Positions 1 to 7,629 of a DNA stretch of 50,838 bases are shown here, in pieces; within the stretch, counting starts at the first letter, position 1; every line of letters starts with the position of its first letter. Origin of the DNA: Minisyncoccota bacterium (lineage in GTDB: Bacteria; Patescibacteriota; Minisyncoccia; Phycocordibacterales; UBA9973). The DNA lies in the NCBI GenBank assembly GCA_043718505.1, contig JAYSVN010000023.1, forward strand, positions 1 through 50,838, given 5' to 3'. The position numbers and the translations under genes are program-made. The notes under the pieces were generated by a model. That model saw nothing but the letters and a program-made list of their open reading frames with translations, was not told the origin of the DNA and ran no database searches.

Positions 1-1463
1 GGTGGCGGTGGAGGCGGAAGAATTTGACCAAGTGTCGTACAGTTGAGAATCGTGCCGTAAGCAGTACCGCCCTGATTTTGAGCAACAGCCTGGAAATAAT
101 ATGTCGTATTTGGGAATAGACCGCTAATTACAGAGCTGAAATTTCCTGAAGAATTAAATTGAGTCTGATTGCCGACTTGATTGCCAAGTGAGTTGATATT
201 GGTACCGTACTGGAACCATGTTGTCGTAGATGAAGAACCGTTCGAGCTAAATGAGCCTGAAGCGGTAAAAGCATTTTGACTTGGGAAACAATTACCGGAA
301 GTAGTAACAACACTTGGCGCATTAATTTGCTGAGTACCTGTCAGGAAAGACAGAATTGAACCACATGATTGCGATGTTGCAGTTGTATCAGCACATGCAC
401 GGAAATGATAGGTTGTATTTGGTGAAAGACTTGAGATAAAGGCAGTAAAATTACCAGACGAGCCGAACATTTGCTGTTGTGATGTCTGATTACCGAGGCT
501 CTGTGTTGTACCCCATTCAAACCAAACAGTTGTTTGAGACTGGTTTGTCGCAAATGTACCGTTTAATGTTGCGCTTGTTTGAACAACATTTGTGGCTGGT
601 TGTGTGCCGGCAGTAACATAAGCCTGTGGCTGAACAACATTGTATTCGTCATTGTCAGTCGGACCGAAACAACCTGGGTCACTTGGGTAGTCGGTAAATC
701 CATCATTGTCATTATCCTGTTGATCGCTACACTGGTAAACAGTTGGAGGAGCATTGTATTCATCGTTATCAGTTGGACCAAAGCAGCCTGGATCACTTGG
801 ATAGTCAGTTCGACCATCGTGATCATTATCGTTGCCGTCACTGCACTGATAGACGGTAGGAGGGATAACAGTGTTGCCGATTTGGAAACGAGCAACAACT
901 GAACCCTGGTGACAGAAAGTCTGAGTTATCGGACATGTACTGTCAGGTAAAATATTACCAATTGAAAGGCCGGCCGCACTAAAGAGTGCAGCTTCTTGAG
1001 CAGTATTTAAATATTGAGGAGAAGTTGTGTGTTCAGGGAAAAGCGCAGCTGAACCCGGAATGTAAGTAATAGTTTGAGGAGTACCCGGGATTGAGACAAT
1101 AGCGTTGCCCATAACAGGACTGACGCCGGTTGCCCAAACGCCACCGACGAAAATCTTCTGATTTACGGCCGGATTATTTTGAGGAGCAATACGAAGACGT
1201 GTATCAGGTGCAATTTGGTTACCGGTGTTGTGGTAGTAGACAGTTACTGAAACAACTTCACCTGGTGCCATTGAAACACTTGGAGACCAGCAATTGAAAC
1301 AGCCCGGATTTTGTGTGTAGTTTGAAACACGGGTTGTCTGGTAGTCATTCGGATTTATATTAAAAGTTACACTTGCGTTCGCCCGAGAAATTGCCACACC
1401 AAAGAATGCCGTTGCGGCAACCGTGAACACAAAAATTATTTTTAATATATTCTTCATTTGCAT
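1..1463 (-). CDS. Secreted surface protein, N-terminal about 487 aa only. The ORF runs off the left edge, so it is missing from the ORF track. It has a signal peptide, two Cys-bracketed Asp-rich repeats and at least 2 Fn3-like modules.
   Basis: ATG at 1463 with AAGGAG (1470-1475 region) 6 nt upstream. My translation MQMKNILKIIFVFTVAATAFFGVAISRANA... stays open down to position 1. The motif PPTVYQCSDGNDNDHDGRTDYPSDPGCFGPTDNDEYN occurs twice. WFEWGTT...NTTYHFRA and WFQYGTN...NTTYYFQA modules follow. Confidence 0.8.
   Translation of the reverse strand, partial: MQMKNILKIIFVFTVAATAFFGVAISRANASVTFNINPNDYQTTRVSNYTQNPGCFNCWSPSVSMAPGEVVSVTVYYHNTGNQIAPDTRLRIAPQNNPAVNQKIFVGGVWATGVSPVMGNAIVSIPGTPQTITYIPGSAALFPEHTTSPQYLNTAQEAALFSAAGLSIGNILPDSTCPITQTFCHQGSVVARFQIGNTVIPPTVYQCSDGNDNDHDGRTDYPSDPGCFGPTDNDEYNAPPTVYQCSDQQDNDNDGFTDYPSDPGCFGPTDNDEYNVVQPQAYVTAGTQPATNVVQTSATLNGTFATNQSQTTVWFEWGTTQSLGNQTSQQQMFGSSGNFTAFISSLSPNTTYHFRACADTTATSQSCGSILSFLTGTQQINAPSVVTTSGNCFPSQNAFTASGSFSSNGSSSTTTWFQYGTNINSLGNQVGNQTQFNSSGNFSSVISGLFPNTTYYFQAVAQNQGGTAYGTILNCTTLGQILPPPPP
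640..867 (-). repeat. Two tandem 114-bp coding repeats (38 aa each) encoding the Cys-bracketed DxDxDG-like Asp-rich motif
   Basis: ttgtattcgtcattgtcagtcggaccgaaacaacctgggtcacttgggtagtcgg... at 640 is repeated as ttgtattcatcgttatcagttggaccaaagcagcctggatcacttggatagtcag... at 754. The period is 114 bp. Confidence 0.85.
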
Positions 1464-1539
1464 ATGCTTCTCCTTTTATAAATAATAAACAGTAAATTTT
1501 AAACTTACTTTTAAAAATTCGAGTCTCCTCAAATTCTTG

Positions 1540-1570
1540 AAAATAAGGAGGTCTCTAATGCGAGACCTCC
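1540..1570 (-). terminator. Rho-independent terminator of the 1602-3944 gene
   Basis: Perfect 9-bp stem ggaggtctc (1547-1555) / gagacctcc (1562-1570) with loop taatgc. On the minus strand it is followed by UUAUUUU. Confidence 0.8.
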
Positions 1571-1601
1571 AATTTGTTATTACAGTAATTTAAATAGCGT
1601 T

Positions 1602-3944
1602 CTACCTGCGTCCGTTCATTGCTATGCCGCGTCCTCCGTTGCCTCTTGATTGATTCATATTCTGATTCATTTGAGGGCGCGGAGCTTGTGATTGTTGCAT
1701 GCTTTGATTTTGGCGCTGCATGTTTTGCTGCGGAGCAACATTCTGACGAGCCGGAGCTTGTTGAGCAACTCTTTGAGTCTGCTGCGTCGGCTGAGTTTGC
1801 GACGGAGCCTGTGTCTGCGGTGTTGTATTCCGATTTTGAGAAGCATTGTAATTACTCTTCTGTTCCGGTTGATACGTTTGTCTCTGCTGAGACACATCCG
1901 ATAACTGACTTCCGTTGCCATTTCCCCTGCCACCAGTAACTCTGTTCGCCTGATCTATATTATTTTGGTAATTAGATCTTTGGCCAACATTATTCTGTTG
2001 CTGGTTTGTCTGTACTTGTTGCTGATATCGCTCCAGGTTTTTATTAACACCATTCGAGCGACCTTGATTGTTCTGTTGAAAGTTATTTCTTTGAACATCA
2101 TTTGCAACACGCTGATCGTTGTTACGAGCTGCGACATCTTGCTGAGGAAATGTGGAATTGCGGGCTGTAGTTTGGTTACTCTTTGGCGCAAAATCATTCT
2201 GCACCGAACCATTGCTACGGCTTCCCCTACCTCCGGTCACATTTCTAGCCTGTTCAACTTTAGCTGTTTCAGAACGAGTAACATCATTAAATGAAGTTTG
2301 ATTCATTTTTGTGCTGCCTGTTCTTGTATCGCTTGCTCTAGTTCCTTGGAACTGAGTTTGATTTTGGCTGACAACATTACTTCTACCCTTACTTACTGCA
2401 TTGTTTGTTACATCATTAAATTTTGATGCATCATTGAATGCAGGTGTAGTTGCAGTCGTTATGCTTGACCTCATTCCGCGACCGCCAGTTACATTTTGGG
2501 CGTCGTTGACCTTTGCATTATTAACCGTTGAGTTATTAGCTCCTACGTCGCTTAATCTTGCAAGGCTGGAATGAGTAGACGTTGATCCCGTGTTAGGGGT
2601 TGCCATTCCATTACGATTAATGGTGCCGCCGTCATCTGGATTCCATGGATCTGTTCCACCTGTTGTACCTCCGGTGTTTCCACCTGTACCTGTAGGAATA
2701 CCCCCGTTTGTTGTTGCTGTACCTGTTGATGTTGTCCAGTCTCCGTTACTCGTACCTGCTGGTCCGTTTTGCGGATTTTGCGGTGAGCCGGTTGGCCAAG
2801 GATTTGGATTAGGATTTACCGGAGTAGTTCCAGTATGTGTCCAGTTCCAAGTTTGAGTAACAGGATTATAAACAAATGTACTGCGATCGCTGTAGTCGTT
2901 GTAGCTTCTATCACTATAGTCTCTATAACTTCTGTCGCTGTAATCGTTGTAACTATTGTCTATGTTGTAGATGTTGGTGATTTGGGCTTGTTGCCATGGT
3001 GACATACCTTGGTTTTGGCCACAATTGTTGTAGCCTCCGCCAAAATTATTGTAACCTCCACCAAAACCTCCTGAAGAATACCCGGCACCAAAGCCAACAC
3101 TGGCACTAATACTGGCACTAAAACCACCGCCGAAAGTCGAAGTCGCATAAGGACCATAACCTGTTTGGTAAGGTCCACAATATGGTTGCGGTGGCGGACA
3201 ATACGGTACTGGAGGTGGGCAATAAGGTGTTTGGAGAACTCCATAACCCTGATTTTGCCCTTGCGAATAGTAATTATTCGTCACGTACGTATCGCCTGCG
3301 TCGGCTCCGCCAGCTGTTGCTGTAGCAATTGCTGTAACGTCACCATTGTCGCCACCATCACTTTTAGATTCGCGATGTTGTGATTCCGGTGCGTCATAAT
3401 CTGATCCTGCGCCACTACCTTCTGAAGAAAATGTTTCTTCTTCGGGTTTAGCGATGTCAGGCGGATTCAAGCATGTTGCGTAACAGATAATCATTGGCGG
3501 ATAGTCTTTTTCCAGAGTTTCATCCAATTCATTTGGATCAACTCCGAAATAGTCTTCCCCTTCGACAGCTGCTCTTCCTTTTTTACCGTCCTGGGTTACT
3601 GCCGCAAACGTATTGTCTTTGGCAACTCCAAGCGGATATATCCACGGTGTAGCTTTGTACCGGTGAATAAAAGGAATTATGGATTCAAAATATTCTGCTG
3701 TGATAACAGTTCCAGGCGCCCATGATTGGGACTGGTAGGTTAACATTTCGTAATACTTTTCCTTGGCAGCATCATTAATTTTTTCATCAGCGTACATGCT
3801 GGTAAATTCTTCAGTGGTGTAATTTATCCTTTTTCCTGCATCGTCGTATTTATACGGCGCAACGGGGCTAAGGGCGTAACAATTTTGGAATGCAGAAATA
3901 GACACTGCTATTAGTACTGCAATGTAAATGAACTTTGTCTTCAT
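1602..3944 (-). CDS. Secreted protein, 780 aa. It has a signal peptide, an N-terminal globular domain of about 170 aa, and a very long Q/N/G/S/T-rich low-complexity region with VTGGRG repeats.
   Basis: ORF track. The N-terminus MKTKFIYIAVLIAVSISAF is signal-like. It contains YCPPPVPYCPPPQPYCGPY, a YSDRSYRDYSDRSYNDYSDRS tandem, and three copies of [NR]VTGGRG. The C-terminus is dominated by Q, N and R. Confidence 0.75.
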   Translation of the reverse strand: MKTKFIYIAVLIAVSISAFQNCYALSPVAPYKYDDAGKRINYTTEEFTSMYADEKINDAAKEKYYEMLTYQSQSWAPGTVITAEYFESIIPFIHRYKATPWIYPLGVAKDNTFAAVTQDGKKGRAAVEGEDYFGVDPNELDETLEKDYPPMIICYATCLNPPDIAKPEEETFSSEGSGAGSDYDAPESQHRESKSDGGDNGDVTAIATATAGGADAGDTYVTNNYYSQGQNQGYGVLQTPYCPPPVPYCPPPQPYCGPYQTGYGPYATSTFGGGFSASISASVGFGAGYSSGGFGGGYNNFGGGYNNCGQNQGMSPWQQAQITNIYNIDNSYNDYSDRSYRDYSDRSYNDYSDRSTFVYNPVTQTWNWTHTGTTPVNPNPNPWPTGSPQNPQNGPAGTSNGDWTTSTGTATTNGGIPTGTGGNTGGTTGGTDPWNPDDGGTINRNGMATPNTGSTSTHSSLARLSDVGANNSTVNNAKVNDAQNVTGGRGMRSSITTATTPAFNDASKFNDVTNNAVSKGRSNVVSQNQTQFQGTRASDTRTGSTKMNQTSFNDVTRSETAKVEQARNVTGGRGSRSNGSVQNDFAPKSNQTTARNSTFPQQDVAARNNDQRVANDVQRNNFQQNNQGRSNGVNKNLERYQQQVQTNQQQNNVGQRSNYQNNIDQANRVTGGRGNGNGSQLSDVSQQRQTYQPEQKSNYNASQNRNTTPQTQAPSQTQPTQQTQRVAQQAPARQNVAPQQNMQRQNQSMQQSQAPRPQMNQNMNQSRGNGGRGIAMNGRR

Positions 3945-3971
3945 CTTTTTTAGATTTAGTTATTTTGGTTC

Positions 3972-4000
3972 ATGATACCACTTCCTGCTATAAAAGTCAA
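3972..4000 (-). promoter_or_regulatory. Sigma70-like promoter of the 780-aa gene (TTGACT-17-TATCAT)
   Basis: The reverse complement reads TTGACT tttatagcaggaagtgg TATCAT. It lies about 28 nt upstream of the ATG at 3944. Confidence 0.55.
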
Positions 4001-4059
4001 GCTCCACAAGGCTTTTACCTATTTTGCCCCTCTTTTCACCAAATTAGCCTTTATTTCCA

Positions 4060-4068
4060 TGCTACAAT
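4060..4068 (+). promoter_or_regulatory. Extended -10 (TGcTACAAT), 6 nt upstream of the pilB ATG. This implies a leaderless mRNA.
   Basis: tgctacaat ttccct ATG(4075). No Shine-Dalgarno sequence is present. Confidence 0.6.
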
Positions 4069-4074
4069 TTCCCT

Positions 4075-5769
4075 ATGCCCCAGTTCGATGAAGTAAAAGA
4101 AATGAAGAAGATTGACGACCTCAAAAAGAAGGAGGAGGAGGAGCTTATCCAAATGCTGGCCGAGCAAAAGTACCAAATCCCCTACGTTAATCTCAATAAT
4201 ATGCCTATTGAAAACGAGGCTGTCCGCGCTATTCCCGAAAATGAAGCCCGTGAGATAGAAGCCGCGCCTTTTAAAGTCCTGGGTAAAACCATTCATGTTG
4301 CTGTTCACTCTCCTGAGCGTTCTGAGATTCAGGAACTTCATAAAACACTTGAGGGTAAGGGTCTTAATCCTATTTTCTACATGGCTTCACGCGCTTCACT
4401 TGAAAAAGTCTGGGAGCGATATAAAGAAATTTCATACGCTGACCGTGTTAAGGCCGGCTCGCTTGATATTTCCGGTGATAAGCTTGTTGAGCTTGGTAAA
4501 GAGATTCACGTTATTGCTGATCTCACTAAAATGATTGAAAAAGTATCGGCTGATGATAAAACGCATAAAATCACTCACCTACTTGAAATTATTTTGGCTG
4601 GTGCGATATCAATGAACGCTTCTGATATTCATATTGAACCGGAAGAAGATCGTATTCGTTTGCGTTATCGTCTCGATGGTGTGCTTGAAGACGTTCTTTT
4701 TTTTAACTATGACGTTTATAAATATTTAAATTCTCGCATTAAGCTTCTCTCTGGCATGAAGCTTACTTTGGTCAAAAATCAGGACGGCCGATTCTCTATT
4801 TGGGTTGGTGAGTCTGAAATTTCGGTCCGTGTTTCAGCTATTCCGGGCACATATGGTGAATCAACTGTTATGCGTTTACTTAATCCGAAATCTATTCAGG
4901 TTGATCTCGAGGAAATGGGTATTGAGCCGAAACTTTTTAAAGTTATTGAAACTGAAATTAAAAAGCCGAACGGCCTCATCCTCATTACTGGTCCGACAGG
5001 TTCGGGTAAAACCACGACACTCTACGCTTTTTTGCGTAAAATTTATTCAGAAGAAATAAAAATTATTACTATTGAAGATCCGGTTGAATATCATCTCAAA
5101 GGTATCACCCAGACGCAAACAGATCATAAAAAAGGCTACACATTTTTGGAAGGTTTGCGAAGTGCTCTTCGTCAGGACCCGGACGTTATCATGGTTGGTG
5201 AAATTCGTGATCCGGAAACTGCCAAGATTGCCGTTGAATCGGCCCTCACCGGCCACTTGGTTTTTTCCACACTCCACACCAATAATGCCGCCGGTGTTAT
5301 TCCTCGCCTGATTGACCTCGACGTCAATCCAAAAATTTTGGTTTCAGCGCTTACTCTTTCTATGGCACAGCGCCTCATTCGAAAACTCTGCCCGATTTGC
5401 AAAGAGAAGCGCCCACCAACACCTGACGAAGAAACACTCATACGAAAAATCCTCAATGACGCCGTCAGCGAAGGTAAAAATATTGAAGCCTATGGTGTCA
5501 AAGCTGACCAGAAAGTAGAGTTATTTGTGCCAAAAGGTTGCGATAAATGTAACCTCGGCTATAAAGGCCGCATTGGGGTTTTCGAGGCTATTTATACTGA
5601 TGAAAATTTAGAAAAGCTTATTCCGAGCAATCCTTCTGAGCGCGATATTAAAAAAATCGGCCAAATGCAGGGCACGCTTGATATGAAAGAAGATGGGGTT
5701 GTTAAAGTTTTAAATGGTGTGACAAGTTTTGAGGAATTGCGAAGTGTGGTTGATTTGGATGAAGAATAA
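4075..5769 (+). CDS. pilB: GspE/PilB-family type IV pilus / type II secretion assembly ATPase
   Basis: Walker A GPTGSGKTT, Asp box IITIEDPVEY, Walker B DPDVIMVGEIRD and His box TGHLVFSTLHTN. There is a tetracysteine CPICKE...CDKCN and an N-terminal T2SSE_N-like region. Confidence 0.9.
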   Translation: MPQFDEVKEMKKIDDLKKKEEEELIQMLAEQKYQIPYVNLNNMPIENEAVRAIPENEAREIEAAPFKVLGKTIHVAVHSPERSEIQELHKTLEGKGLNPIFYMASRASLEKVWERYKEISYADRVKAGSLDISGDKLVELGKEIHVIADLTKMIEKVSADDKTHKITHLLEIILAGAISMNASDIHIEPEEDRIRLRYRLDGVLEDVLFFNYDVYKYLNSRIKLLSGMKLTLVKNQDGRFSIWVGESEISVRVSAIPGTYGESTVMRLLNPKSIQVDLEEMGIEPKLFKVIETEIKKPNGLILITGPTGSGKTTTLYAFLRKIYSEEIKIITIEDPVEYHLKGITQTQTDHKKGYTFLEGLRSALRQDPDVIMVGEIRDPETAKIAVESALTGHLVFSTLHTNNAAGVIPRLIDLDVNPKILVSALTLSMAQRLIRKLCPICKEKRPPTPDEETLIRKILNDAVSEGKNIEAYGVKADQKVELFVPKGCDKCNLGYKGRIGVFEAIYTDENLEKLIPSNPSERDIKKIGQMQGTLDMKEDGVVKVLNGVTSFEELRSVVDLDEE

Positions 5770-5775
5770 AAAACC

Positions 5776-5937
5776 CAAAGAAAAAGGCCTTGAATCTCTA
5801 AACAATCCTTATATCCCGGAGGATAAAAGTAAAAGATTTTTGAAGGATAGTCCCAGGAACACGGCCGAAGCCATGCACCAAGACGTCCTTCGCAAAACTC
5901 TATAGACGTTGATCCGATTGCTTAGAGATTCAAGACC
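5776..5937 (-). ncRNA. Candidate structured small RNA of unknown class. The architecture is loosely 6S-like: a closing helix, an internal bubble with a small 3'-side hairpin, and a long apical hairpin.
   Basis: A 22-bp closing helix pairs 5916-5937 with 5786-5807. Two G-U pairs in it form only on the minus strand and would be A-C mismatches on the plus strand. There is a C(UUCG)G hairpin at 5860-5875 and a C(UCCG)G hairpin at 5812-5825. A U-rich tail UUUUUCUUUGGGUUUUUU follows the helix. A possible TTGAAA/ATTAAT promoter lies just upstream at 5944-5975. Confidence 0.55.
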
Positions 5938-6024
5938 TCTTCCAAGAATTAATTGGAGAAATCTGCTATTATTTCAATTGTAGTTCGGTGGCAAAAATTG
6001 AAAGACATACCTTGTGTGTATGTC

Positions 6025-6053
6025 TGTGGAAAAAATGTTAATTGTGTGGATAA
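6025..6053 (-). promoter_or_regulatory. Pair of DnaA-box sequences upstream of ruvB
   Basis: tgtggataa at 6045-6053 is a perfect reverse complement of TTATCCACA. tgtggaaaa at 6025-6033 matches 8/9. Both have the same orientation and are 20 nt apart. Confidence 0.5.
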
Positions 6054-6100
6054 CCACAGTTATTTGCCGATCTGAACAGATTGTATCACAACTAAAATTT

Positions 6101-7153
6101 ATGTCAAGAGATTCAAATACTGATAATCAAACTAATGAAGGGTTTAAAAAACCGGCTGATGACGGTTTTCTTGACGTTACTCTTCGCCCCGCGAAATGGG
6201 AAGAATACATCGGACAAGGTCACATCAAGGAAAATCTCCGCATTTTACTTGATGCCGCGCGTGAGCGTGGCCATACAGCTGAGCATATTCTCTTTTATGG
6301 TCCGCCGGGTCTTGGAAAAACCACACTCGCCCATCTCATTGCCAAAGAAACTGGTAGAAATATCCGTGTGACATCTGGTCCGGCAATTGAACGTGTCGGT
6401 GATCTGGCTTCTATTCTCACCAACCTTACACCTGGTGACATTTTATTTATCGATGAAATCCATCGCCTCAATAAATTAATTGAAGAGGTTCTCTACCCTG
6501 CCATGGAAGGCGGCACACTCGACATTATCATCGGCAAAGGTCCTTCGGCTCGTACAATTCAGCTTGAGCTTCCGCCTTTTACACTCATCGCCGCCACAAC
6601 TCGTATTTCCCTCTTGTCTGCGCCACTTCGTTCACGTTTTTCCGGCGGCACGTTTCGTCTTGAATACTACACACCGGAAGAAATTGAGAAAATCATTGAA
6701 CGTTCAGCGAAAATTTTGGAAATTGAGCTCAACAACGATGCCCGTAGTGAAATTGCCAAGAGAAGCCGCCGCACCCCTCGTACTGCCAACTACTTTCTTA
6801 AGCGTGTCCGTGACTATGCCCAAGTTCACAAAACCGATGCCGGTGGTGATGCTGCTAAGAAAGCTCTTGCGCTTCTTGGTGTTGATGAATATGGTCTTGG
6901 TCAAACAGACAGGCAGCTTTTAGAAGTTCTTATAGAAAAATTTAACGGCGGACCGGTTGGCGTCAAAACCCTTGCCGCAGCCACCAGTGAAGAAGAAGGT
7001 ACTATTGAAGAAGTTATTGAACCATACTTATTACAAATTGGTTTCCTTGAGCGCACTCCGCGCGGCCGCACCGCCACCAAGCGCGCGTACGACCATCTCG
7101 GTTTTGAATATAAAGAAGAAAATAACGAGCCTAAGCAAGATACTCTTATATAA
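6101..7153 (+). CDS. ruvB: Holliday junction branch-migration helicase RuvB. I place the start at the internal ATG 6101 rather than the ORF-track GTG 6014.
   Basis: LRPAKWEEYIGQ, Walker A GPPGLGKTTLA and Walker B ILFIDEIHRL. The N-terminal 29 aa of the track ORF are hydrophobic and overlap the DnaA-box region. Confidence 0.92.
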   Translation: MSRDSNTDNQTNEGFKKPADDGFLDVTLRPAKWEEYIGQGHIKENLRILLDAARERGHTAEHILFYGPPGLGKTTLAHLIAKETGRNIRVTSGPAIERVGDLASILTNLTPGDILFIDEIHRLNKLIEEVLYPAMEGGTLDIIIGKGPSARTIQLELPPFTLIAATTRISLLSAPLRSRFSGGTFRLEYYTPEEIEKIIERSAKILEIELNNDARSEIAKRSRRTPRTANYFLKRVRDYAQVHKTDAGGDAAKKALALLGVDEYGLGQTDRQLLEVLIEKFNGGPVGVKTLAAATSEEEGTIEEVIEPYLLQIGFLERTPRGRTATKRAYDHLGFEYKEENNEPKQDTLI

Positions 7154-7169
7154 AGACACAAAAAAATAA

Positions 7170-7200
7170 AAACCCCTCGTGTTGAAGGGTTTATTTTTTA
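7170..7200. terminator. Bidirectional hairpin terminator between ruvB and the convergent 101-aa gene
   Basis: aaacccctcgtgttgaagggttt is flanked by an A-run upstream and by ttatttttt downstream. Confidence 0.6.
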
Positions 7201-7208
7201 ATAAAATA

Positions 7209-7514
7209 TTATTTTTTTACAGATTGTATTGCCTTACTTTGTAGTACGTGGGCTTCTTTTATAGCATCAATAAGCATTCCATTATTTTTTGGATTCTCTC
7301 TACCACAAGAATGCCAATGCTGCGGATTATTAAAATAATTTTCAGCTCCCGTAGAGTTACCGGCTAAAAATAACATTCGACTCAATTGAAACTTAGTTAC
7401 TTCTCCGCGCTCTGTTTTTACTCTGAATTCCATATAGTTAATAAGTTCTGAGTCTGACATAGGCACGTCGGGATGTACGGTCGTATAGTCATGATCTTTC
7501 GTAATAGTATCCAT
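7209..7514 (-). CDS. Hypothetical protein, 101 aa, no recognisable motif
   Basis: ORF track only. It is bounded by a terminator and a divergent promoter region. Confidence 0.5.
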   Translation of the reverse strand: MDTITKDHDYTTVHPDVPMSDSELINYMEFRVKTERGEVTKFQLSRMLFLAGNSTGAENYFNNPQHWHSCGRENPKNNGMLIDAIKEAHVLQSKAIQSVKK

Positions 7515-7595
7515 ATCGCTTTTTTTAATTGTGGTTTTTTAGAGATTACCTTTTTTAAGGTAAATGTCAATAAAAGAGGTTTGCTCGGTATGGTC

Positions 7596-7623
7596 TTGAC
7601 ACCCCGTTTTACAGGTCTATAGT
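7596..7623 (+). promoter_or_regulatory. Near-consensus sigma70 promoter TTGACA-16-TATAGT, ending 6 nt before the ATG at 7630 (leaderless)
   Basis: ttgaca (7596-7601), ccccgttttacaggtc, tatagt (7618-7623), gagttt, then ATG. Confidence 0.75.
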
Positions 7624-7629
7624 GAGTTT

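Noticed and set aside
128-902. Six short ORFs on both strands (64-111 aa) listed in the track
   Set aside because: All lie inside the long minus-strand ORF that starts at 1463 and runs off the window. Their sequences are low-complexity out-of-frame or antisense reads of the repeat region.
5776-5937. SRP (4.5S) RNA identity for the structured RNA candidate, in plus-strand orientation
   Set aside because: - The plus strand superficially aligns to the SRP helix 8 region: CCAGG...CGAA...AUGCACCAAG against CCAGGUCAGGUCCGGAAGGAAGCAGCCAAGG.
- However, the universally conserved GNAR tetraloop and the AGG/AGCA symmetric-loop residues are absent.
- The closing helix has A-C mismatches on that strand, and there is no downstream U-tract.
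- The minus orientation fits far better, but it has no SRP motifs.
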